NCBI RefSeq assembly: GCF_052425735.1
Contig: NC_135759.1
Location: forward strand, 25,358,001 to 25,422,000
Reading direction: 5' to 3'
Length of the DNA: 64,000 nt
DNA from: Oculina patagonica
Lineage: Eukaryota
The notes below the pieces were generated by a model. It worked only from the letters and a program-made list of their open reading frames with translations. It had not been told where the DNA came from and ran no database searches. A program made the translations under genes and the position numbers. Below are positions 34,867 through 47,400 of the stretch, piece after piece (positions within the stretch are counted from its first letter, which is position 1; each line of letters starts with the position of its first letter).

Positions 34867-37104
34867 GTTGAATCTTTGAAAGCACCAAAAGATTATTTGT
34901 GTTATTAGCCTTATAACGGAGATAAGCTAGCGCTTGAACAAAAGCTATCGTGTTTTCCCCCGCAAATAACACGCACACCTCCTCGGACGAGCGAATAAAT
35001 AAACACTGGAGTACTTACAAGGGGTTCAAAGTCCACTTGGCCTCGTTCCCGCGAAAATGTCAAGAATGCTTTGTTTTGCTATTGTACTTTTGTCTGGGTA
35101 TTTTATGCGAATCTGTGATATTGCACCAGAAACTAAACGTATTTCCCCATGTATATCTATTCTACAAACACATTTAGAGCAAAAATATGTAAAAGGAAAC
35201 GAACAAGCCGATATAAACAAACATCAATTTGATTCATTTACATTTGAGCTCCCTGTGATTTTTTTGGCAAGACACGCGAACTTGCGTGTGCCAAGAAGTA
35301 CAACTACTCAGGCTGTCTTCTGGCAAGCTTGCGTGAGAGGATAGCAGGGACTAATATTCGTGTTGTCACGAATACACGATGCCCGTCAAAATCTTTACAC
35401 CCACCCTTACCTCACTTGGGCAGGGAAGTAGTCTCTCTTCTTCCCGGTCTTTTTCTTCTTGAATTGGCTCCTGAATATATTAGTTTCTTAAATATAAACT
35501 ACTGATGAACGCGGTTTATACTGATCAGGACGAATGAAGGATCTATGTGTTTTGGATAGCATTTCCTCTCTTGTCTCTGCTTTATCAAAACAAATCAGTT
35601 TCATGTTCCTCTTTTTTGGTATGTTCTTCCGTGTTTTGGCCTTTTCTTCCGCATTTTTTTTAACTTTTTGGCAAACGTTGTCCCGTGTAGATGTATTTGT
35701 CTTTTCGGTAAACCTTCTTCCGTGTTGTACCTTTTTGGCAAATCTTCTTCCGTGTTTTACCCTTTCGGCAGGGGATGTGTAGGTTTCAGTTGTCTACACC
35801 CTGCACACACCCCACCCCCGCCCGCCCCTCAGGGAAAAATCTTTTATGTGAGCCCGTTGCACATGATGGTCAGCCCAACATATATAACTGCGCATGTACG
35901 AAAAAGTGGAATCAACTTTGAAACGAAAGCTCTGAAAATCGTAGCCAAAATTTGCTACAAAATATCAACCTGGAGTTAATTTTATCGGGATACAGTTGAA
36001 GCAGGTGATTCTATCAGTTTATTTAAGTAGCGAAATGTATCGTACTTAAAAAATTGTGTCAGAAAACGGCACGGTTAATTAGAATTGTTCTGATGTCATT
36101 TTACCTTGTTTATGGCATGGAACAAACAAGCTTCTTCACGTACGTAAAATAAGCGTCAAGGTTAAACGTGTTTTTTAGTCAGTTTTTTAATAATCAGATA
36201 TAAGTTAAATTTAGTAGGTCCTCACATACGTTTATTGATGTCACTAAAACAATGCGTATTGGAATAGACATGTAAGCTAGCATGTAAATAGATATTTCAT
36301 TTCAATAATGTAAAGGAAACTACAGTGCCACCCCCTACCATGCAATCATAACACAATACTTTGTTCTGTTTACATCTACACCTAGAGTAGTGTACACAGA
36401 AAGATGGTGTTTGTTGTGGTTGTAATTTTAATTAAGCATCGTCTAGGAAATAAGAGAATTGACTGATACATTTAACTACACTTAATTTAAGTGACTCTTG
36501 AGGGATGTGTGCTTAATTTTTCCCGTTCCATTTACATATTCACCCAATGTATTCCACAGTTACAGTTTACTGTAACTCATGCATGACACACAGGTCTTGG
36601 CTGTTCTTTAGTCACAGATTTAAACTTCTTTTAAAGTAGATAGTCAGAAGTGATCAATCCTTAGGGTGTAAATTTTAGTTTAAATGTACTACCTTGTTTT
36701 TTTTAGAGGTGGTAGATTTTGTATCTTGACGAATATATGATAAGATGAAATGTTCATGAGCATCAGTTGTAGCAAAAAGGTGCTGTTTGATTGCATCGAA
36801 GACTTGTCCAGTGTTAGTTGACAAATAACAAATACACATAAGTGAATAGCTGTAGCCCCCCCCCCCCCAAAAAAAAAAAAAAACATTTGGGGTGGGGCTC
36901 TGCACCCCATGTTTTGGTGCCGAAAAAGATGTGAGCGCAGCATAAATTGGTTTGTCAAGATATCCAGTCTGGTAAGTGAGTTTAAACATTATCAAAACTT
37001 CCTTGGAAATCTGCGGGAAACTTCGTTTAGCTTCGAACAAATTTTGAAAAATAATCGGAACATTCATATGGCCTTCAAACAACAATCGGAGAATCTCTGG
37101 AAAT

Positions 37105-38280
37105 TAATACTATTTATAAATTCTGACGCTGACTTACTTGAGCGTAAACAACGCTCATAATGTACTCAAGACGTTTCGACCGAGAATCTTCGGTCTTCTT
37201 CGGTTGTTATCATGGCATAAAAAACGGCTTTTTAACGGTTTCACATTGTTCGCGCGTGCGAGTGACTAATACAAATACACGAGAACGCTGCGCGAGACTA
37301 TGAACATTATGTAAGTGACTTATATACATCAGGGATGTCTATGTGTTCATTTCCCGCATTCTGGTCCCTCTGCGAATGCCACGCTTCTAGGAAAAGCCTC
37401 TTGTGGTAATCGCCTGACTTGTCCACCACCGCTGCATGATTGAAATCCATATCATGGCCAAACGTGTTCGCGTGTTGCGTGATCTTAGAGTTTTTGTCGC
37501 AAACACGGACTGCTCTTTGATGTTCTTTAATTTGAGTAGCTAACGCTCTGTCCGTTTGTCCATAATAGGTAAAATTGCAGTCAAGGCAGTTAACTCTGTA
37601 AACTACACATCTAGACTGGAATGCTGTGAGTTTGTCCTTCGGTTTGGGGAAGCGTGTGCGTAACGTGTTAAGTGGTTTAAAGCCAACTTTGACCCCGTTG
37701 TTGCGTAGAACTTTTGAGATTCTTTCAGTTACGCCTTTCACGTAGGGTAGAACAACAAACGATGTTGCGGCATCATTTGGAGTGTCGCTTCTGTCTGAGA
37801 CACGACGGTTAGCTTTGCGATGAGAATCACAACTCTTGATAAACCGCATTGGATAGTTATTGTTCATCAAGACTTTAACCACATGCTCCTTTTCTTTGCG
37901 TTTCCCTGCGCTTGTTGATGGGATATTTTTCGCTCTTTCAAGGAGTGTATTTACCACTGATCTCTTGTGTTGAATTGGGTGGTGCGAGTTGAAATCTAGA
38001 TATTTGTCAGTGTGCGTTGGCTTTCGGTAGACGTTAACCTGTATGCGCCCGTTCACTCTAGTTGTTGTGGTGTCTAAAAATGAAAGGCCGTTGTCACCTT
38101 CGACCTCACTAGTGAATTGTATGTGCGGGTTAACAGAGTTAAGGTGGTCATGAAACTCTTGCACATACTCCTTTTTTAGGCATACGTGGCTGTCATCGAC
38201 ATACCTGTACCACCATCGTGGAGGATGCGGGGCTGTTGAAATCGCTCGGTCTTCTACAAACTCCATGACTAGATTGGCTA
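37105..38280 (-). mobile_element. 5'-truncated Penelope-like retroelement
   Basis: ORF 37307-38266: WYRYVDD (RT), [44 protein letters not shown] (GIY-YIG). Has a 3' hammerhead motif. Candidate 7-bp TSD tggaaat at 37098-37104 and 38281-38287. Confidence 0.92.
37164..37210 (-). ncRNA. Minimal hammerhead motif with a core U4C change
   Basis: The minus strand reads caa-CCGAAGA-a-gaccga-agauuc-ucgguc-GAAA-cg-UC-uug. Confidence 0.6.
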
Positions 38281-38554
38281 TGGAAATCTTCGATCCAGAA
38301 ACTGCTCAGATAATTAAATGTTGCTAGAATGGAAAAAGATGCTCCAAATATGAAAACCTACCAAGTATTTTTGGGTCAGTCTTTGCCCCCACGTTCCAAA
38401 ACGATCCGCCGCCTCTGAAGTGCATGGCTTACATATGTATCCCTTGTTTGTTAATGTAATGATAGACACCTATTTTGTTATAATTAACTTTCTGATACAT
38501 TTTTCTTCCACAGGTGCTAGCCAGCCTAAAGTTTAGTTTTGTTATTTTCTGCTA

Positions 38555-41500
38555 ATGGCTCATCATCGCCCTTTGGGTGATCCACTATCTGGAATAAACC
38601 AGTGAGTAGGAAAAGCTTATTGCATTCGTTGGGTGTATGTTGCTATAAATTGTTTGTATTACATTGATCCAGGTACATCAGTGATGTTTTCTAGAGAATT
38701 TTTATATCTTTGTTTCCATGTTATTTTAGATACTCATTTCCTCCAAGAAAAGGTCAGCAGGAACTTTCTCCAGGTAAAACAATCTTATTAAATAAAATGT
38801 ACGGTAGTCAAAGTTACCAGACCGCAAAGGTTAAATTCTTTTTTTCATCTGTCAAAACTGCAGTACAAGCATTGTACTTTAAAGTCACCAATGTAGACCT
38901 ACATTGTACATCAACAATTTTACAAAAGTTTGAAGCTGTTGATATTCTATTTATTTAATCAATGCCCTCTTGCTTGTCAAGACTGACAATTGAACATTCT
39001 TCTAATCCCTTTTATGCTGCATGCTGAAATTAATCTGCTTTCAGGAGAGAGGTTTCAATGTGATGTACGTATGTAACAGTAAATTTGCATTTTAACCTTC
39101 AGGTGGCAGAAAAAACATGTCAGCTATTGGCTCCTTAAGAAAAAAGTTGGCTGTTTTTAATGATGAGGGTGACGATGATTATGGATCAGCTGGAATGTAC
39201 TTCAATCCTTCGATGTTTCCTCCACACAGGCCAGAGAAAGAAGTAAATAAAATTATAATAATTTTTTGTGTGTGAAAAATGAAGCAGTCCACTTTTTGCC
39301 ATGAGGAAATCTTCAGACATATACTGTAATGATTCAATTAAGCGCCCAGGGCGCTTATTTACTTTTGGCACCTTAATGGAGGGCGCTTATTCGAGACAGG
39401 GCGCTTATTCGGGACAGGGCGCTTATTTATTATTTTGAGAAACAACAAAATGTTTAAAACAAAACTGAGAAATATTAAAATAACTAACAATAACAGAAAC
39501 TGTAACAGCAACAAATTGTTTAAAAATTTTGTTACTTTTTAAATAATTGTTCATTTTAGCAGTAAATACATACATGTACGGTACGGTGAATGTTCATGAG
39601 TTTATCTCTTCGATGTCGTCGATGACTTCAATGGGGGCAGTTAGCCACAATAGGGCACTTTATTAGAATAGGGGCGCTTATAAGAATAGGGGCACTTATT
39701 AGAATGGGGGCGCTTATTGGAATAGGGGCGCTTATTGACAAAAACACATTCGAAGGGGGGCGCTTATTCGGAAGGGGGCGCTTATTGGAAGGAGGGCGCT
39801 AAATCGAATCATTACGGTAATACCTCATGATAACATGCATAGATCTTGTTTGTATGTGTTTGAGTTTGGTGTAATGAATTTACCCCATGAACCTGGGGTA
39901 GTCTATTTCTTGATTCAACTAAAATTAAATGATAAACACCACCTGACAGGCTTATTTCTTTTGCAGCCTCATCTTGGCAGTCTATACGGTACACACGGCA
40001 CACCTTCAGGCATGCAGTCACCTGGACCTCACCAATCCAATTTTTATGGCTCAGGTCTCCCTAGTTCAGGTATGAATGCTCAAGACAAAATTTGCTATCT
40101 TTCAGGTGCAGTAATTAGCCTTGTTCATTGTTTTGATTGATTGATCGTTTGTTTGATTTACTTGTATTGTACTGTTTTTCACTTTTTTTTTTACTCCTCA
40201 GGTCTTCCCCCAAATGTCAACTCCATGCAGGTCCCGCCAAATGCTCCAAGGGGAATGTCATCTGCACAGGTACATTAATTACATTGTAGACAATGAAATT
40301 CCACTGATTCTGCAAAAAATATTAATTATGTACAGAGCTATTTACTTTTTTTAAAAGTTCTTTGTGATCAGTCAGTTAAAAGTAAGGTTTTAAAACTCTT
40401 GAAACAATTGTTTTGACTGTGTTTTTTTGCACTTGAATTTTTGGAGAGTTTCTTGAGAAGGAAATAGTTATGATTACAAGTTACATGACTGTCTTGTGTT
40501 AAACACAGTGCTCTACTCTTAAAAGTGTAAATGAAATTACGAAAAGGCTTAGTTGTCAATAAAAAAAAACTAATTTATAAAGTACTTGAAGGGCTTTTGA
40601 AATACAGTAAATGTACCAGTATTCTATACCTGAGCAGTACATTTTAATAATAAACTGTTGTGTGGTTACAGTTTGGGAGAAGTCTATCACATCCTGGTCC
40701 CACCCACTCCACAACGTCGCTATCTGGAAGTGTAAGCACACCTGGTGTACCCAGTATTCCGTCAAGTCTTCATAACATGGCAGGGTCTCAGGGAGGAAAT
40801 ATGTCATCACAGTCAGCAAGGTCAGCATGATAGCTGTTGTGAAATGTTTCTGATGCATTTATTATTGACTACATAACAGAAATGGAGTACTTACTCTTTT
40901 GAGATCTCGGCTGTAGCATGTACATCTTGTACACAGTGTAGCTTTGATGTTGTGTACCTTAACTTATATGCTGAGGGGTATTAAATAAAACTATAATCAT
41001 GCCTTTTAGAAAATCTGTTCCATGAAAGTTGGCTTCTAAGTTATCACTGTTCTCCTTCATCGTGTTGTGTCTTTTGTCTTAAGTTACACTGAAAGCCACA
41101 AAAAAACAATAAAGTGCTAAACTGGACTTTTATGAACATTTTACTAGCTTAAAAATTAAAAAAGAAAGCCCTCAAAGCTTTTGATTGCCTGTCTACATTC
41201 TTTGATGGGTAAAAGTGAAATTCAAAGACATTCTTTAAAGATTTTTTTTTTTGCCATATAACACTGCTTTAATAATCTTATGTCCCATCCTATATACGTT
41301 TACAGTAGAGGCATTTTGTCAATGGGTCCACGTGGAGTAATGGGGCAAATGCCACCTGGTCCAGGTCACCTAGGCAACCAAAGTGGTCTCAATAATTTGC
41401 CAAAGACAAGTAGAGCGATCTCCATGCCATCATCTTTATCAAGGTAAGATGAAATAACAGCTCCATTGAGGATATTGATAGGTTAAAATTACAAAAAATA

Positions 41501-44443
41501 ATGATAGCCACAAAGTAAAGAATAATCCTTGCAGTGAAATTGCAATTAAAGAAATTGCAAAGAAAGAAACCTGAAAGAATTTCAGGGCTTCAACAGGATT
41601 TAAACCTTTGATCTCTGCGATGAAATTGCAATTTCTTTAATTGCAATTTCATTGCGAGGATCATTTCTTTACTTTACACCTATCCACTGTTCAAATATGA
41701 ATTCTTTCATATACTTTACATCAATGACAGCCACATGTTATTTGTAAACAAGAAGTAAGGATTGATGGTTTTTAATGACAGTGATGACGATAACAGTGAT
41801 TGTCAAATGTGTCATTGATGCATGTATTCAAGTAATATCAAAAGGAGATTAAACAGAGTCTTGCAACAAATTTCCTGGATTCTTGAAATTCCAGACAATT
41901 GTGGTTCATTGGGCAGATATTCACCATTTGCCCTTGTTTATATCCTTCACAACCTTTAGCGGCACATCAAGAAGTTCACCAGTACTAGCAATCGGAATGA
42001 CACCACCACAGGCACCCCAACAACAACAAACACATCAACAGAGAGGCTTTAACCTCGGGGGGTATGTACAATGTATTGAACCGTTGAAAGGAAAGAATGT
42101 AAAATGACTGCTTGTTAGGTGCTCACTCCTTTGGATTGCCGCAGAAGTCAAACATTTAAATCTGTCCAATGAACTTAATCTGTTTCTTGTTGCTTTTTTT
42201 GTAGTAGTTCTAGCAGTTCTGTGTCTGGTCCTATGTCAAGTTTTGGTCTTACAAGAAGTCAGTCAACCGGTGGAGTGACACAGGTACATGTTTGTTCAAT
42301 TTTATGATCCTGGGGTTTTCAAATCAAGGTAGCAGTTTTTATTGACTTTTCAGAGAATGTGGGTGTAGCAGCCTAGTAGTTTGGACATTGCACATTGAGC
42401 AGTCTGAGTTTGAGTGCTGACTGTAGTTGCAATGCTGTGTTCTTGGACAAACACTTTATTATTGTTATTGTATTGCACCCTCCACATAAGAAACTCTTAG
42501 AGAATAGTAACTGTTAGAGAATGCTAAGATGTACTCTGAAATGGACTACCTTATTACATGAAATTTTCGCGACACGTTAATTTCGCGATTTTGAGGTGCA
42601 CATATTTCGCGACACTTAAATTTCGCGATTTTGCAAAAATTTTGTATTTTGAATCACTTTAATTTCGCGTTTTTGAGTGAGACACAATTTACATTTTCTT
42701 AGCAATGTATTTTGACATGCCTTTGAATTATATAAAACAAATTAATCGAAGGAACAATAACGTCAAAATGAACAAAAACGCAGGAGGGGACTTAATCTCA
42801 ATAGAGCAGTTCTCAGAATGTCTACAAGTGAGTCAATTGACCACAACATCCATTTACATTGATACTGACATATGCGAGTCACTTAATATTCGCGTCATGT
42901 TATGTTCGCGACACTTTTTGTTCGCGTTACTTTAATTTTGCGATTTTTTTAGAATCGTGAAATTCGCGAAATTAAAGTGTCGCGAAAGTTTCATGTAATA
43001 AGGTAGCATCCATCCCAGCCATCCGAGGAGAGTAACAAGACTCCCTTGCTTCCAGTTGTTTCATGCTACAGGACCACAGTTACCTCTGGATGTGTGTCCT
43101 ACAGTCTTTACCTTGCATAAAATTAGAGTACCAGTTGATAGTGTGTTATAAAACACAGCTGAAAGTTTTTGTTGTTTCTCTCTTCTTTACAGGGTATGGG
43201 TGGTTCTGGACTTCCTCTTTTTTCAGGGGCATTTGCACCACCAGGTAGGAATTTTATTTTACTAAGGGTGCATTTCTAGCTCTCCTCAAGGATTGTGCAT
43301 TTTCTCCGTCATGGCCAGTTGCAAGAACCAGATAAGACGGGAGGAGGGTTGGGTGTGGGGCTTGCAACCCCATCCTGCAAATACAATATTATTTAGCTAC
43401 AGAAATCAATACCAACATTGTACAAGACACCAATACCATTGAGGCTTACATCTCATTACTGCTACAATTTCTCCTCCAATACAGGTGCTCCTGATTCACC
43501 CAAATCCCTTCGGCATATCTTCTCAGGAGCAGGGCAAGGTAAACACTTTCAGAACTGATGTTGTACTCATACACATGTAATAAATCAGGCAGATCTTGCA
43601 AACAAAGCATGCATGTATGGCCTGTACTTTATCTTAGAAAAATGAGGTTAGAAGACTTTCATTACATGTACCGGTAGTTACTGGTAGGTCATATTCTTAA
43701 CCTATATACAGGTCTCCCTCCAGGATGAGGGAAGGTGTATAGTCTCTTAATAGAATTAATGTAAATTATGTAAAGGTTTTTTTTTTTTTTTTTAATCTGT
43801 CTTGAAGCACAATATCCCACTGCAGCTGGTAGTACAATGTAGGTGTGGAAAAAGATAACTCTTCCATCATTAGGTAAATTATTTATTTATTACTTGCATT
43901 TCTCGCAGGCCTATCCGATGCAACGCCTGGTGGTTCCAGTGGCTTGGACCTGTCAGAGTTCCCTGCACTAGCAAACAGAAGCCGTCTAGATCTAGCCCGC
44001 GTTGAGGGTGTGGCACGATTGGACAGTATAGGGGGTGTGAGTGCACCTCCTAGCAGCTTGCCTAGCAGGCCAAGCTATGGTGTGGTATCTAAACCTGCTG
44101 AGCCTGCACCGGACTTCTCAATCCATAACGAAGACTTCCCTGCTCTGCCTGGTTCAAATATTTTCAAGCCAGGTTGTGTAATTTTGAGTGGTACATTGTA
44201 CAATCACGTAGTTACAGTGTGAATAAATGAAATGCTCAGTGTTGGTCCTGCAAGGATCAACCCATGAGATGACAAGCAGGTACTTGTGGCTGCACAAGCT
44301 CTTTTCTGCTATCTGTCTTAAAAGGTTGTTCATTGTGGCAATAACAAGGGTATTAGCTTTGTGACTCTTTGATACCGCCGACCGGTTAGCTCAGTTGGTA
44401 GAGCGACGGACTACAGTGCGGGAGGTCTCGGGTTCGAGTCCCA

Positions 44444-44484
<41 letters not shown>

Positions 44485-47400
44485 TATGCTGCCTTTGCAA
44501 TGACATCTGCAAATGGTTAGATATTCTAGTCTTCTCGGATAAGGACGATAAACCGTAGGCCCCGTCTCCTGCATCTTCAATGTTATGGTCAGCAGGGGAC
44601 GTAAAAGAACCCACACACTTATCGTAAAGAGTAGGGCATGGAGTTCCCGGTGTTGTGGTCTGGTCTTTGCCCGTTGTATTGTACCTACTGTGAAATGCTC
44701 GGAGATATTAGCTATATGAGCTACTCTTCAAATCCGAGGGTAAACAAAGTGATGATGATGATGATGATTCAGGGCTTGAAAAAGACTTGGATTCCTACAT
44801 GTGCTTTGGACAAGCAGCTCTCAAATTCTGCTTACTCGGGGTAGTTGCTTGCTTCTTGAAGTGTACTTTGTACCATTTAGTCAGCAGATGACTTGCCTTG
44901 GCCCTTGCCTATTGGGCAAGTAAGAATAAAAAGTTACTTGCTTTACAGAAAAACCAACTAAAACTTGTCCTAGACGACCAGATAGAACTTTTCGAGCCCT
45001 GTCGATTTTCAGTACAATTCCTAGTTTAATTCCTCGTTGTTTCTTTTTTTTTAATTTGCTAACAGAAAGCCAAACAGAAAGTTCTTTGGCCCAGGATCCG
45101 TCCAAACCTCAGGTAATACTAAACAACTCAGTATTTCTTTTGGTAGCGTTGTTAGTGTTTTCTTTTCATAACATGCCTTGTTAGCTCTTCTTATGGCCAT
45201 ATTGAGTTCATATCATAAGGAAGTATTGGCATTTTCTTTCTAGGTTCTCAACACAGGCAGTAGCATTTTTCCTGGAACAGGTAATGATTTTACTTTGTTT
45301 TGTCATTCTTTATCTTCAGCTAGGTCATACTTGTCCCTTATAAGCTCTTATAGCACTAGGAAAGAAAAAAGTCAAGTTAACACAAGGCTTCACACAGCAC
45401 ACGCCTCTTCTTTATTTATTTATTTATTTATTTATTAGATTTCCCAACATTACAAAAAATATTTACAACAAAAAAAATAAAATATATAATAATAAAAAAA
45501 AAAATAGTGGGAGGAGGGGGAATTTTTTTCATAAAAAAATTTAAATTAAAAAAAAAAAATTTTTTTTTTTTTTTTTTAAAATATTGACTCTTGTTTGTTC
45601 CTTGTTTTTAATTCTTAGATCTAAGAGGAGGTTCTTCGTATGAACAGGCATTGAAAGATGTTGCAAAAGATGCAAGGTACAGTCTTATACAAGTTAAACG
45701 TAAACATTTTTTTTTTGAAGTAGTTTTTTGAACAATGCTAAGAGCCCTTAAACTGAACTTGTTGTCTTGCAAGGTCCTGGTTTCTTACCATAAAAGCTTT
45801 TTTAAGCCCCTGGGGGCCTAATCTCTTCAAGACCTTTTCGGGGGGTGGGGAGGTTAATAGAGAGGGGGCTTTCATGTATTAGAGAAGTGAGCTTATTTCA
45901 AATCATATCTCAGTTAAAGTAAATATGAACAAAACAAAGCCGACTTTAATGTTTTAGTGTTGTTCAGTAGGAATAAAGAGACCACTCATAACGATGGGTC
46001 GTCTACAAGATTCGAAAAAAAAGTTGGAACATTTCAAGCGCCTGATTTTTGAAAAATGTTTTTGCAAAAAACCCTCGGATAGTGGTTGCCAAACCCTGCT
46101 AACATGGAGTTTTTTCTTTTCCAAGATTCGCTGCTGGAGAGGCAAAGTCAAACTCAACAAATCACAAGCAACCACCAAGAGGAATTCAGACGTCACCTTC
46201 AGGTAAGTGATAAGTTCGCCGTTCTCTTTTCTCCATCTTAAGAGCTATTTTGATTAATCCTCGTTGAAAAACTCGTGGCCTTTTGTGATTGGATAATTAA
46301 GTGGAATTGGAAATTCCTCAGGTTCTTCTATGACCTTGGTTTTCTAACTAATTTAGTTCATTTCCTGTGTTTTTGTTTTACTTCCTTTTCCTCCTCTTAT
46401 TTTTTGTCCTGTTCCTACTGTAGGCATGATCTCAAACATTCCAAAAGGAATGGTTACGGATCAGTTTGGAATGATAGGACTGTTAACGTTTATCAGGGCG
46501 GCGGAGACGGAACCAAATCTTGTCACACTAGCGCTTGGAAGGTCAGTGTTATTAACTACTAACAGAAACCCATAATGTTTCTGCTACTAAGCCCAGTTGC
46601 TTGTATTGTCTGAATGAAGTTCTGCGATTAACTTATACTTAAATATTTTCTTTTTATTCTGCAGTGATCTTACGACGTTAGGACTTAACTTAAATTCACC
46701 AGAGTAAGTAAAAGTCTGTTTTTCTTTCCTTTTCTTTTTGAGTTTCTTTATTGATGGACTTCCTTGCTTTGTTCAGTTTCGGCAACGTTACTTTGATTTT
46801 GGTTTTAGTGAAATAATAAAGTGTCATGTGCCTACTTACAGACTTACCGCCAACACTGCCTCATTAACATTTTTTGTTGCGTTTTAGGAGTCTTTATCAT
46901 ACGTTTGGCTCACCGTTTGCGGACAGTCCTTGTAGACCACATGAAATAGGTAAACTGTCTGTTTAGTGTCTTCATACTCCCTTTTAACCCATCCCGTTCA
47001 GACATTGTGGGCTAGGGAGAGGATTTGCTATGAAACGGTTCTTGTCGTTCCCCGACTATTGTCGTTGTAGCGCGGGAGTGAGAACAATTAGCTGTTTGTG
47101 CAAAGCACGCGCTGCCTGCGAAAGCGTTCGATCCTTTCGCGTGCCGTTTCACAGCCTAACGGTAAGACGGAGTGGTGTAGTAAATGGACTTATGAAAAAA
47201 GCGAAAAGGGGTCTATGAGTTGTAAGCTTTTGGTGTAACTTGACTTTCTTTCTTTACAGATTACCATGTACCGTCGGAGTACCGGATAAACTCATTTATT
47301 AGGGATAAGGTAAAATAAAACCTGTGATACTTTAAAACGGACAATGCAATATTCATTTAGTGACGAAAATCTCAGCTGCCCAATTTTTTTTCCAATACAG

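Noticed and set aside
41941-41959. U12-type intron (tccttcac near the acceptor)
   Set aside because: The donor at 41444 is gtaaga, a U2-type site.
44379-44450. tRNA gene
   Set aside because: A and B boxes are present but there is no proper acceptor or anticodon stem. It continues into a SINE body with a (gat)n tail.
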